From Anaerolineae bacterium (GTDB lineage: Bacteria > Chloroflexota > Anaerolineae > Anaerolineales > Villigracilaceae): a DNA stretch of 64,000 nt. The translations under genes and the position numbers were made by a program. Within the stretch, counting starts at the first letter, position 1; every line of letters starts with the position of its first letter. Where the stretch lies: contig JAJPIZ010000038.1 of assembly GCA_021324435.1 (NCBI GenBank), forward strand, positions 126,269 to 190,268. The letters run 5' to 3'. Positions 9,245 through 18,055 of the stretch are shown here, piece after piece. A model generated the notes under the pieces. That model was not told the origin of the DNA, searched no databases, and was given only the letters and a program-made list of their open reading frames with translations.

Positions 9245-10222
9245 ATGCCAAACGACTCGGTCATAGCGTGGTTGCTTGATTCTGACCCTTCCATCCGCTG
9301 GCAGGTGATGCGCGACCTGATCGGCGCGCCCGCGCAGGAAGTCGCGGCCGAGCGCGCCAAGGTCGCAACGGAAGGCTGGGGCGCGCGTCTGCTCGCCCTC
9401 CAGGGCGCCGATGGGTCGTGGGCTGGCACGGCGTGGAACCACGGGTGGGACTCCACGATGCATGTCCTGTCGTTGCTTCGCGAGTTCGGTCTCGATCCCG
9501 CGAGCAATGAGGCGCGTCGTGCAGTGGGACTCGTCCACGACCATGTAAGGTGGATGGGATGGGACTGGGACGGCGCGTGGCGCGGACGGGATTTTGCCGG
9601 CAATCCCTTTTTCGCAGGCGAAGTCGAGCCGTGCATCAACGGACAGGTGGGAGCAAGCGGCGCCTATTTCGGTCAGGACATCCAGCGCATCATGGACCGC
9701 CTGCTCGCCGAGCAATTGCCTGACGGCGGCTGGAACTGCGAGGCCGAGAGAGGTTCGACGCGTTCATCGTTCAATACCACGATCTGTGTATTGGAAGCTT
9801 TGCTTGAATACGAACTGACCGACAGGAACACGCCAGAGGTGACCGAGGCGCGCCTGCGCGGGCAGGAATATCTCCTCGAGCGCCGCCTCTTCCGCCGACG
9901 TTCGACCGGCGAGGTGATCGAACGAGATCGCGAGGGCTCCACTGCGTTTACACGCTTCGCGTTCCCGACCTGGTGGCACTATGATGTCCTGCGAGGGCTT
10001 GAGTATCTGCGCCGCGCTGGCGTCTCACCCGACGAGCGCATGGCCGAGGCGATTGACCTGATCGAGTCCAAGCGTGATGGTGACGGACGCTGGTTGCTCG
10101 AGGTTCAATATTCAGGCACGATGCCGGTTGAGATGCACGAGGCCGAAGGCCGGCCAAGCCGGTGGATCACACTCCGCGCCTTACGCGTGTTGGACTGGTG
10201 GTATTCATCGCAAGACAGATAA
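9245..10222 (+). CDS. prenyltransferase/squalene-oxidase-repeat (alpha/alpha-toroid) protein
   Basis: Repeated Q..DGSW/DGGW motifs: LQGADGSWAG, QLPDGGWNCE, KRDGDGRWLLE. Confidence 0.65.
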   Translation: MPNDSVIAWLLDSDPSIRWQVMRDLIGAPAQEVAAERAKVATEGWGARLLALQGADGSWAGTAWNHGWDSTMHVLSLLREFGLDPASNEARRAVGLVHDHVRWMGWDWDGAWRGRDFAGNPFFAGEVEPCINGQVGASGAYFGQDIQRIMDRLLAEQLPDGGWNCEAERGSTRSSFNTTICVLEALLEYELTDRNTPEVTEARLRGQEYLLERRLFRRRSTGEVIERDREGSTAFTRFAFPTWWHYDVLRGLEYLRRAGVSPDERMAEAIDLIESKRDGDGRWLLEVQYSGTMPVEMHEAEGRPSRWITLRALRVLDWWYSSQDR

Positions 10223-10279
10223 CAAAAATGGGACAGCAATGCTGTCCCATTCAATTTTAACTTGTAGGGGCAAGGCGTC
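10221..10279 (+). repeat. direct repeat, left copy, flanking the TA cassette
   Basis: AACAAAAATGGGACAGCAATGCTGTCCCATTCAATTTTAACTTGTAGGGGCAAGGCGT includes the terminator-like hairpin GGGACAGCA/TGCTGTCCC. It starts right after the stop of the upstream gene. Confidence 0.85.
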
Positions 10280-10320
10280 ACTCCGCCCCTCCATGTGAAC
10301 AATCTGTCTGATCTGGGGTG

Positions 10321-10326
10321 TATAAT
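10321..10326 (+). promoter_or_regulatory. candidate -10 box TATAAT for the TA operon
   Basis: ggtgTATAATttta is followed by SD AAGGAG (10333-10338) and ATG 10348. Confidence 0.35.
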
Positions 10327-10347
10327 TTTAGCAAGGAGAACCCAGTT

Positions 10348-10557
10348 ATGATGCTCAACGAAAAAATTCAGGAATACATCCAGAAACTTCCGCCGTCGCT
10401 TCAGCAGGAAGTGATGGATTATCTGGAATTCCTTATCGCCAAAACAGAACGCGAGGATAAGGAATGGTCACGCTTCTCACTTTCGTCGGCCATACGCGGC
10501 ATGGAAGATGAGCCCGAACTTTACACTGTTGCTGATTTGAAGGTCAAATATTCATGA
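10348..10557 (+). CDS. antitoxin, DUF2281-like
   Basis: The KIQEYIQKLPPSLQQEVMDYLEFLIAK pattern is typical of DUF2281. SD AAGGAG lies 9 nt upstream. ATGA overlap with the toxin gene. Confidence 0.6.
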   Translation: MMLNEKIQEYIQKLPPSLQQEVMDYLEFLIAKTEREDKEWSRFSLSSAIRGMEDEPELYTVADLKVKYS

Positions 10558-10898
10558 AAAGCGCGGGGGACATTGTTCTTTTCCGCTTTCCACAGACAGA
10601 TTTAGCCGAGGGCAAACTGCGTCCTGCGCTCCTGCTTGGCAAACTTCCGGGCGAATATGATGACTGGTTGATCTGCATGATTTCATCTCAAACCCGTCAA
10701 TATTTGCCGGACTTCGATGAGATTGTTCAAGAAAGCGATCCCGATTTCACGCAAAGCGGATTGAAACTCGAAAGCGCAATCCGTGTTGGACGACTGGCAG
10801 TGATCGAGGGTGAACTTTTGCTTGGGGAAGTCGGAAAGATTTCAAATGAAAGATTGAAGCGAATCAAGAAACATCTTTCAGATTGGCTTTCACAGTAA
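10554..10898 (+). CDS. PemK/MazF-family toxin
   Basis: GDIVLFRFPQTDLAEGKLRPALLLGK...WLICMISSQ matches the PemK/MazF SH3-like barrel signature. It is coupled to the upstream small gene. Confidence 0.75.
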   Translation: MKSAGDIVLFRFPQTDLAEGKLRPALLLGKLPGEYDDWLICMISSQTRQYLPDFDEIVQESDPDFTQSGLKLESAIRVGRLAVIEGELLLGEVGKISNERLKRIKKHLSDWLSQ

Positions 10899-10902
10899 CC
10901 AA

Positions 10903-10960
10903 AACAAAAATGGGACAGCAATGCTGTCCCATTCAATTTAACTTGTAGAGGCAAGGCGTT
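10903..10960 (+). repeat. direct repeat, right copy, flanking the TA cassette
   Basis: Same sequence as 10221-10279 apart from one T indel and one G/A mismatch. It starts 5 nt after the toxin stop codon. Confidence 0.85.
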
Positions 10961-11014
10961 GTCTTGCCCAGGGCGAAGCGTCGCTCCGCCTCTACATATT
11001 TTGTGAAATAAAAA

Positions 11015-11545
11015 TTATCTGGTCGGTGCGACGCGCAAGCGACGCGCGAGGAAGATGACCGCGATCAACGTCACGCCGAGGACAACAAGGCCGGGCGCGC
11101 CGTATTCATCCGCAAAGCCGGTGCCGGGTAACGCCGTGGAGGTGGGCACCGTGGTCAGTTGGGCCTGCGCGGCCTGGGTCAAGGCCGCGGCAACGGTGGC
11201 CGTGGCCGGGTCCGGTGTGAGCGCAGAAGGTGAACTGGTCGCGGTAGCCTGCGCGACGACCGGAGTCTGCGTGGGCAGCGGAGTCGAAGTCGCAGTCGGG
11301 AACGCAATGGCCTGCGCGGTGGCGCTCAACGCAATTGCCACTTGCGCGTTCTGCGTGGCGCGCGCGTTGGCCGTGTTTTGCCCGCCGCTTTGACCGGGCA
11401 AAACAAAGAAGACATAATATCCGGCCAGACAGGCAAGTGATAAAAGTACGATCCCGCCCAGAAGGCCCGCCGCAATCAGAAACGTCCGATTGCTGGACTC
11501 TTCCGGGGGTTGAGCATCAAGAGATGATTGATCCGTGTCGTACAT
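11015..11545 (-). CDS. Ala/Thr-rich surface protein with N-terminal signal anchor and C-terminal LPXTG sorting signal
   Basis: C terminus is LPGTG + hydrophobic GLVVLGVTLIAVIFLA + RRLRVAPTR. SD GAGGAG lies upstream. It is the last gene of the operon. Confidence 0.7.
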   Translation of the reverse strand: MYDTDQSSLDAQPPEESSNRTFLIAAGLLGGIVLLSLACLAGYYVFFVLPGQSGGQNTANARATQNAQVAIALSATAQAIAFPTATSTPLPTQTPVVAQATATSSPSALTPDPATATVAAALTQAAQAQLTTVPTSTALPGTGFADEYGAPGLVVLGVTLIAVIFLARRLRVAPTR

Positions 11546-11572
11546 GGTCTTCTCCTCGCGTGATAGGGTAGA

Positions 11573-12631
11573 TTATCCCACAACTTCAAGATTTACAAGA
11601 GGGACGAGCAACTGTTCGCCGTTTTCCAATTTGACTTCCGCGGCGGGTGCGCGCAGGCCGCTCGGGAATGTCGTCAGGCCGGGACGCAACGCCGTGATGC
11701 TGGCCAGCGACCCAGCCGCGGGCGGGCGGCGAAGCCGCACGGTCTGGCCGGGCGCAAAGTCCACCGCATCGGTGGGCGGGGCCGGTTCAGTCGTGACCGG
11801 AAGCGGAATGATCACCTCGGGCCGCGCCCCGCTGTAACGATCAAAGACTTCTGCATTGAGCGTGGCCTCGCGTTTGGCGTTGGATGTGATCAAACGATAC
11901 GCGGCGCTGTTCATCGCAAGCGAGCCGAAGCCATCGGTCAATACAATCGGGTAACGCGCCTCGCGCGCCGCGGGCAAAAGCGACGGATACAAACTGGCAA
12001 GGATGAGACCGCGCAAGGGCAGTTCCGAGGCGGCCTGCAGAGTCTCGGCGTCTTTCACCTGCCCGGCCACGATCACCGAGCCGCGCATACTCGCGTCCAA
12101 ACGGTCAGCGGTCAAAAGCGTGTCGGGCTTTTCAGCCAGGTTGACCATCACGCCCGTGTCCACGCGGCCGTTGCCCCACACGCCTTGGATCAGCGCGCCC
12201 GCGGTTTGAATGACGACGCCGCGCTCGGGGATGACCTGCACGACATTGCCGGAGATTCCGGCGCGCAGTTCCATGCGCGACTCTCCGGACTCGATCAACA
12301 CTTGACCTCCACCGGCCGCCACCACACGACCTTCACGCGGCGCTTTGACCGTCTTCGGCAAAAGACCGCGTCCGCTGGCGATGACCGCGCCTGCGGCGAG
12401 TTTATCGCCCACTTTGCAACGCAAGGCTTTATCGGCGGCATCCGGACTCAAATTCAATAAACGCGCCACATCCAGGAAGACGTGCTCGCGCGCCCAAACG
12501 GCCTCGGCCACGATGTCCGTCGGGCTGACGCGTTGATTCAAGCGCGCCAGTACTTTGCCTTTCACAGGCAAAAGACGTTCACGAACAATGGACGCCAGAG
12601 GCAGAATATGGTGAACAGGAGCCAGTGTCAT
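11573..12631 (-). CDS. hypothetical protein (352 aa), possible barrel-sandwich (lipoyl/HlyD-like) N-domain
   Basis: The long ORF starts 6 nt after the ATPase stop. KVGDKLAAGAVIA...REGRVVAAGGGQVLIE resembles hybrid barrel motifs. No confident family. Confidence 0.55.
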   Translation of the reverse strand: MTLAPVHHILPLASIVRERLLPVKGKVLARLNQRVSPTDIVAEAVWAREHVFLDVARLLNLSPDAADKALRCKVGDKLAAGAVIASGRGLLPKTVKAPREGRVVAAGGGQVLIESGESRMELRAGISGNVVQVIPERGVVIQTAGALIQGVWGNGRVDTGVMVNLAEKPDTLLTADRLDASMRGSVIVAGQVKDAETLQAASELPLRGLILASLYPSLLPAAREARYPIVLTDGFGSLAMNSAAYRLITSNAKREATLNAEVFDRYSGARPEVIIPLPVTTEPAPPTDAVDFAPGQTVRLRRPPAAGSLASITALRPGLTTFPSGLRAPAAEVKLENGEQLLVPLVNLEVVG

Positions 12632-12637
12632 CTGTGT

Positions 12638-14404
12638 TTATCCTTGAGTCGCGCCAACCGTCCACAGCCATTTCTTGATCAACTCACGGCGGCGCACCGG
12701 ATCGTCCGGCAGAATCAACGGGCGGCCGCGCGCGTCAATGACCACGCCCATCGTTCCGCCGCTGACTGGAATCGTTCCGCCGCGCCCGGGACCAAAGCCA
12801 ATGTCCGCGCCGTGTTGCGGTTGAAGAGTCAACTTTGCCGATTGGCCGAGCGCCAGTGGAAGGACTTCGATATTTCCGAATTTCACATCGGCGCGCGCTT
12901 CGGTTCCATTGGAATAGGCCAAACGCGCGCGCAACACCAGCGAACCAAACGCGGCGGAGGCAACGACTGAGATCACCGCGCCCATGCTTTGGAACGCGCC
13001 GGATTCGATGACTTGAACCGGCAGGATGCTGTTGCGCGCCGCGGCCGCGCCGAGCAACGGCATGAGATTATTTCTGTCCATGAAGACTGCGGTCGCGCCG
13101 ACAGGTTGAATGGCGTCCAGTAATAACAAAAGGCTTTGTCCCGGGCTGGGCGCATCGCCCAACGCGCCGCCACCCGCGATGATCGGTTCAAAATAGGGAA
13201 GCAGTCCAGGCTTGGGCGGACGCGCCGAGCGCGGAAAGTCGCGCTTGGCCGTTTGCATCGCGAGATACAACGCCTGCCGCGTCACAGCCTGCGCGATCGC
13301 CTGATCTTCTTTGCTGGCCGGGACGGAAGAGGGATACAACGACTTCTGAAATAAATAATCACGCAGGACGCCGGTGGAAATATCCAGCGACGACCAGCGC
13401 AGAATATCTTCGAGTGTGGTGTATTGAAGTAATACCGGCAGATTTTCACCGAGTCCAAATTGCGGATACACCCCCAGCGTGTTGCGCTCTTTGAAGCCGG
13501 CCGCGATCACCGCCGCCGACGCGCCGATGTCCACACCCAGGATTCCGCCGCGCCTCCCGCCATACACCTGACCGAGGAAACGCAACATGCGCCCCACTGC
13601 ATACGCCGCAGGCAGAACATGCCCGCCGGACCAGGTCTCCAACACGTCCACGCCTTTGAGTTGGCGTCGGCGAACTCCGAGATAGAGCGAGGCCAATTCG
13701 CGCGCGGCCGGTTCGAGGTCCTCGGTATCGAGCGAGGGACGCACATTCGGGCTGAAATGCAATTCAGCCGTCACGCCGCCGAGCAAGGACTTGACTTCAT
13801 CGTCGAGTTTTTGATTGCCCGCAAACAAAACCGCCGGGCGTTTTTCGGGCGTGAGCAGATAACCGGCCAGCCCCACCGGCTCGAGCATTTTTTGAATCGA
13901 GCGCGACGCGCCGCCGTCCGCGCCGCCGGTGATGATGACCACGTCAGGCCGCAGGCGCATGAGCGTATCAATTTGCTGATCGGGTTTGCGATGATCGGTC
14001 AGGCTGAACGACTCAAGCACACGCGCGTATGTTGTTTCTGCAAGACGCCGCGCGCTTTCAAGCGAGACATCCGAAAGCAGTCCAACGATGACCGTCTTGA
14101 GCGCGGGACCCGCCGAGAGTGTGGACACAAACGCGTCCACACCAGACCCGTCAACCTGCGACGGCGTAATGAGTTTGCGATCCGCGTCGAGGAGCGTGCG
14201 CCCCGTCACCGATTGCAAATTGGCAATCGCATTGCGGACGCCTTCGCTCACATCCTTGAACGGCGCCTCCGCCGTGGACGGCGCGCTGCCGGAGGCCAGG
14301 AAGCGATACTCGCCTTCGACAACATCGAAGAGCACGGCGCGCGTGTTCGCGCCGCCGATGTCCACTGCCAGAAGAGAGTCGCCTTGAACGAGAGAAACAG
14401 GCAT
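12638..14404 (-). CDS. ASKHA (actin-fold) ATPase, GlmL/MutL-like (588 aa)
   Basis: LLAVDIGGANTRAVLFD (phosphate-1), DVVIITGGADGG (GGTDGG-like), and a second-half motif ILGVDIGASAAVIAAG. Confidence 0.7.
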   Translation of the reverse strand: MPVSLVQGDSLLAVDIGGANTRAVLFDVVEGEYRFLASGSAPSTAEAPFKDVSEGVRNAIANLQSVTGRTLLDADRKLITPSQVDGSGVDAFVSTLSAGPALKTVIVGLLSDVSLESARRLAETTYARVLESFSLTDHRKPDQQIDTLMRLRPDVVIITGGADGGASRSIQKMLEPVGLAGYLLTPEKRPAVLFAGNQKLDDEVKSLLGGVTAELHFSPNVRPSLDTEDLEPAARELASLYLGVRRRQLKGVDVLETWSGGHVLPAAYAVGRMLRFLGQVYGGRRGGILGVDIGASAAVIAAGFKERNTLGVYPQFGLGENLPVLLQYTTLEDILRWSSLDISTGVLRDYLFQKSLYPSSVPASKEDQAIAQAVTRQALYLAMQTAKRDFPRSARPPKPGLLPYFEPIIAGGGALGDAPSPGQSLLLLLDAIQPVGATAVFMDRNNLMPLLGAAAARNSILPVQVIESGAFQSMGAVISVVASAAFGSLVLRARLAYSNGTEARADVKFGNIEVLPLALGQSAKLTLQPQHGADIGFGPGRGGTIPVSGGTMGVVIDARGRPLILPDDPVRRRELIKKWLWTVGATQG

Positions 14405-14407
14405 GTG

Positions 14408-15058
14408 TTAGCCGAGTCCGAAGAAGGTTCCGAAGAAATGCAGACGTTCGATGAAAGCGGTCAGCGCCGCCGAATAAACTCCCGCGAACAACGTGCCAAG
14501 TGTGATGGCAATAAAAATACTGCCGACGAAAGCGCCGATTTCGATCAAACCGAAGCGGCGCACAGATCCGTCCGATGCGGTGCGCGCGCCGAAATGGAAA
14601 TAGATCAGCGTGAACACAACGCCGACCAGCACGATGACCGCGTTGACGAATTGAAACGCGGCAGGCGAGGCGAACGCGTCAACGGTCGCGCCGATTTGAG
14701 GGAAGAGAGTCCCGGTCACCGCGCCGCCGACTGCCACCGCCGCGCCCACTCCCGCGAGCACGGCCATCGCCGGAGCGCCAATCCGGCTGGTCGAAGGGAT
14801 GATCTTCATGAGCAGGAAGCCGCTCAACAACAACGGAACGGCCAGCGTAATTTTTTCGGTGGAGGAGCCATACACCAGCGGCGTAAGTAGATCAGGCAGA
14901 ATCACTTGACGGAACGCGACTGCCGCGACGTATCCTGCAGCTACACCGACGAAGATATAAATTGCAATGCGAAAGAAAAGATTATCCCCAATGAGATAAC
15001 TGAAGACCATCAAAGTCAACAAGAAGGCGATGATGCCAAAGATAAAATCGAGGGACAT
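14408..15058 (-). CDS. polytopic membrane protein (216 aa)
   Basis: ATG at 15058 overlaps the upstream stop (TAATG). About 6 hydrophobic helices. The 15109 start would overlap the upstream gene by 51 nt. Confidence 0.6.
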   Translation of the reverse strand: MSLDFIFGIIAFLLTLMVFSYLIGDNLFFRIAIYIFVGVAAGYVAAVAFRQVILPDLLTPLVYGSSTEKITLAVPLLLSGFLLMKIIPSTSRIGAPAMAVLAGVGAAVAVGGAVTGTLFPQIGATVDAFASPAAFQFVNAVIVLVGVVFTLIYFHFGARTASDGSVRRFGLIEIGAFVGSIFIAITLGTLFAGVYSAALTAFIERLHFFGTFFGLG

Positions 15059-16170
15059 TATGATCCCTCCTGCGCGCGGCGATCTCGCAGACCCAGCGCG
15101 AAATTCCACAGCCCGCCGAGCAGAATCATCACGACCGCGAACAACAGACCAAGACTATACGCGTCCCAATAACGACGGACGACAGAATCGGGTTGACCGC
15201 CATTGGCCTGCTCTGCGCCAGCTGCGCCGTTCAATCCCGCCACCATGCCATTGACCTGGCCTGCATCAACATATGGCAGGAACATCGGTCCGGCCTGCGC
15301 GCTGGAGATAAGAATCAATGAGGCGTTGCCACGCGTCAGCGCAGATTGCTCGATCCACACACGGCCCGATTCGAGCCGATCCGTCATGATGATGATCGCG
15401 GCGAAATCCGAAAGACGCGTCACGTTTTGCAATGGGGGCATTTGCCAGGCCGCGCCCTGGTCAACATCATATGGCATCACAAGCGATGGACTTTGAGTAA
15501 AGCCATACACGCCGGTCAGCCCGCCGGGCAGATAGCCCAAGTCTACATATTGCACGCCGCGCTGATAACTGCGATTGACCAGCACACTGGACATGAATCG
15601 TTCAGCCAGCGCGGAGCCGGTGGCGGAGGTGGATATCAAAGTCAAGCGCGGATGTTTCAACAAGAGCAGATGATCCATCAACGACGCGCCGCTGGCTTCC
15701 ATCTCGCCCACTGTGGAGGGTTCATAATCAAAAACCACCAGCACCGGCGCATCAGGCGGGACTGCTTCGACTGCCGCGATCGCATTGCTCGTTTCGATTG
15801 GAACGTCCGCGGGGAGTGGAAAGATTTGTGTTCCAACAAAGGTTGCGCCAGCCAGAGCGATACCGAGCAACACCGTGATGAGCCAGCGCAATACGCGTTG
15901 CGAAGAGACTACCGACCCAGCCTTCATTGGAACGGGCGAGGTCTCCGCCGCGAGAATCTGTTCGAGAAGGGCGGCGTGAGCCTGCTGTTCTTCGCTCGCG
16001 TTGAGTTTGATCGAGTGCGCTTTTGGTTTGCTGGAAGGAGTCGCTACGCCGGGAACGGATGGCAAGACTCCATGCAAGCCGGCCAACGGCCCGCGCGTTT
16101 CCAATTCAGAATCAGCCGCGCCGCTGGATGATTCGGGCAAGGCCGCTTCGACCGGCCGCATGGCCTGCAC
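15058..16170 (-). CDS. bitopic membrane protein with large extracytoplasmic domain (370 aa from GTG 16170)
   Basis: TM helices VLRWLITVLLGIALAGATFVG and LGLLFAVVMILLGGLWNFALGL. The start is uncertain. It overlaps the upstream ORF by 127 nt. Confidence 0.55.
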   Translation of the reverse strand: MQAMRPVEAALPESSSGAADSELETRGPLAGLHGVLPSVPGVATPSSKPKAHSIKLNASEEQQAHAALLEQILAAETSPVPMKAGSVVSSQRVLRWLITVLLGIALAGATFVGTQIFPLPADVPIETSNAIAAVEAVPPDAPVLVVFDYEPSTVGEMEASGASLMDHLLLLKHPRLTLISTSATGSALAERFMSSVLVNRSYQRGVQYVDLGYLPGGLTGVYGFTQSPSLVMPYDVDQGAAWQMPPLQNVTRLSDFAAIIIMTDRLESGRVWIEQSALTRGNASLILISSAQAGPMFLPYVDAGQVNGMVAGLNGAAGAEQANGGQPDSVVRRYWDAYSLGLLFAVVMILLGGLWNFALGLRDRRAQEGS

Positions 16171-17444
16171 CCACGAGGCAATTCCACGGGCGCAATCGCT
16201 TCTTCGCTCTGCGCGGCGGGCGGCAAATTTTCTTCGGATGTCTGGGCTGATGGCGCAACGCTTGTCAGCCAGTCCGGCATTTGCATCGAAGAGAAGATCG
16301 CGTCCACATCCGCGCTGGACATTGCATCTTCAGTGAAAACAGGCGATGCGGATGGAGTCTTTGCAGGAGGTTCTTCGGGCGTGAGAGCAGGCGTGGCGGG
16401 TCCGCTCGGTTCGGATGGCTGTGAGCTCGCGGGCTTGAGCGACGCGAGCCAATCAGGCATCTCGCTCGGAACAGACGTTTCTCCCGATGAGGGCGCTTCA
16501 GGTTGAACAGCTTGCGGCTCTTCGCGGGACGGGGCGGCGGCGTTCAACCAATCGGGCACTCCCTCCGCAGACGGCGCGGACGGAGTCTCCGCGCCAAAAC
16601 TTTTCAGCCAATCAGGGACATCGCCCTGGGCTTGAGTCTGGGCAGGCGGTTCATTGCTTGTTGGAGGTTGTGGAGGAACAACAGGCGCGCCTGTATCAAG
16701 ATTTTTCAACCAGTCCGGAGTTTCACGATGGACAATGCCGGATGCCTCCTCCAATGGCGCGGTTTCCGGCTTGAGCCAATCTGAATTGCTTGTATCGAAA
16801 TTGGAGAAAGGTTCAGGCTCAGAAGAAACCGATTCAACGGGAGCCGCTTCGGGGGCTGTGCCGAGCGACGTCGAAGCATCAAAAGAAGAAGCGGAGGCAG
16901 AGGCCTGTTTGAACCAATCGGATAATTCATCCCTTTCAGGCGCGGGCTCCTGCGGAGTCATCCATGAAGGCGCCGCGTTTTCATCGTCACTCGGAGAAGG
17001 CTCCGCCATTTCATCACGGCCGAGTTCCACGAATTTGACTTGCGCATCCTCGGCTTCGGCCTTCTTCTTTTTGGCAGGCGAACCGGTGATATTTGCCAGC
17101 CAGTCTGGTACGTCTTCCTCTTCTTCCTGACTTTGAGAGGCAAGCCCGGCCAACAGATCGGGACCGCTCGGTACAGACTTTGTTTTTTGTTTTTCTTCCG
17201 CGCGAGCGGCTTCCTCCTCCGCGGAACGGCGCGCTTGCTGGCGCGCGTTGCGAAGCCACTGCGGCAGGATCGGCTCGAGTTCGGAGGTGACTTTTTTGGT
17301 CGGCGCCTGACCCGGAGAAATGGGCGCGTTCTCGCCTCTTAACGGACCGGTCAGCGGCTGGAGGCGCGACTGGCAATTCTGGCAGAATTCCAAATCCGCC
17401 GGATTAATCTCGCCGCAGACGGGACACTTGATCGTATCGGCCAT
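16044..17444 (-). CDS. zinc-ribbon protein with about 10 xDWL repeats in an acidic P/S/E/A-rich region
   Basis: MADTIKCPVCGEINPADLEFCQNCQ (CxxC..CxxC). Repeats: LPQWL, DVPDWL, APSWM, LSDWF, NSDWL, TPDWL, DVPDWL, GVPDWL, EMPDWL, QMPDWL. ATG 17444 overlaps the upstream stop (TAATG). The C-terminal 40 aa look out of frame. Confidence 0.65.
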   Translation of the reverse strand: MADTIKCPVCGEINPADLEFCQNCQSRLQPLTGPLRGENAPISPGQAPTKKVTSELEPILPQWLRNARQQARRSAEEEAARAEEKQKTKSVPSGPDLLAGLASQSQEEEEDVPDWLANITGSPAKKKKAEAEDAQVKFVELGRDEMAEPSPSDDENAAPSWMTPQEPAPERDELSDWFKQASASASSFDASTSLGTAPEAAPVESVSSEPEPFSNFDTSNSDWLKPETAPLEEASGIVHRETPDWLKNLDTGAPVVPPQPPTSNEPPAQTQAQGDVPDWLKSFGAETPSAPSAEGVPDWLNAAAPSREEPQAVQPEAPSSGETSVPSEMPDWLASLKPASSQPSEPSGPATPALTPEEPPAKTPSASPVFTEDAMSSADVDAIFSSMQMPDWLTSVAPSAQTSEENLPPAAQSEEAIAPVELPRGCRPCGRSKRPCPNHPAARLILNWKRAGRWPACMESCHPFPA

Positions 17445-18055
17445 TACTTCCCACCATACGGACGATCCGCGCCGAAGAGCACGCGCAGACCGGTCATCAG
17501 TGTGCCGAGCGCGACGCCGATCAAGATGCCGCGCGCGCCGCCCAGCGCCCAGGCATGTTGAAACCACGGACGGACGAAATTGTTCAACGGTCCGATCTCA
17601 CCGAACGGCAAAGTGGCGGATGCAATCAACAACAGCAGAGCCGTAGCCAAAAAGACGACGCTCATCAAGTTGGCGCGGCGGCGCAGGAGGCGGATGCTGG
17701 CATATACAAGCGTCACGGCCAGCAAAGCCATCAATGTGGCCTCCACCGGCACGATGATCGAATTGACCAGCAGGCGCATGTTCGAGTCATCGGGGCCAAG
17801 CAACATGCCAAAGATCAACGTCGCGATCAAACAAATCAACAAGATGGCGCTGTAGAGACTTCCTTTTTCGCGCCGCGAAATTTTCCCCCAATGCACCCAG
17901 ATCAAATTGAACACGCCCACCAACGCGGCGGCGCCGGAAAGAATAATGGCCCAGTTCAATATCATGCTTTGAATCGGAGCCAGAGTCGGGATGAAGTATC
18001 CGATCAATACCAGCAGGCCAGTGGCTACCGCGAGAACGACAGCGATTGCGCGCAT
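17444..18055 (-). CDS. polytopic membrane protein (203 aa)
   Basis: About 6 hydrophobic helices. The start overlaps the upstream stop (TAATG at 18053-18057). Confidence 0.6.
   Translation of the reverse strand: MRAIAVVLAVATGLLVLIGYFIPTLAPIQSMILNWAIILSGAAALVGVFNLIWVHWGKISRREKGSLYSAILLICLIATLIFGMLLGPDDSNMRLLVNSIIVPVEATLMALLAVTLVYASIRLLRRRANLMSVVFLATALLLLIASATLPFGEIGPLNNFVRPWFQHAWALGGARGILIGVALGTLMTGLRVLFGADRPYGGK

Noticed and set aside
12638-14404. Idea that the GlmL-like ATPase is the reactivase for the nearby B12-dependent mutase genes (19296-20773).
   Set aside because: No glutamate mutase E or S genes are present. The B12 subunit is of the methylmalonyl-CoA-mutase type and has its own MeaB chaperone. 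The ATPase is embedded in a different, divergently transcribed operon. The idea is kept only as a remote possibility.
13460-14890. 476-aa plus-strand ORF opposite the ASKHA ATPase and membrane protein genes.
   Set aside because: The composition is Arg/His-rich and nonsense-like. It is antisense to ORFs with clear motifs and operon structure.
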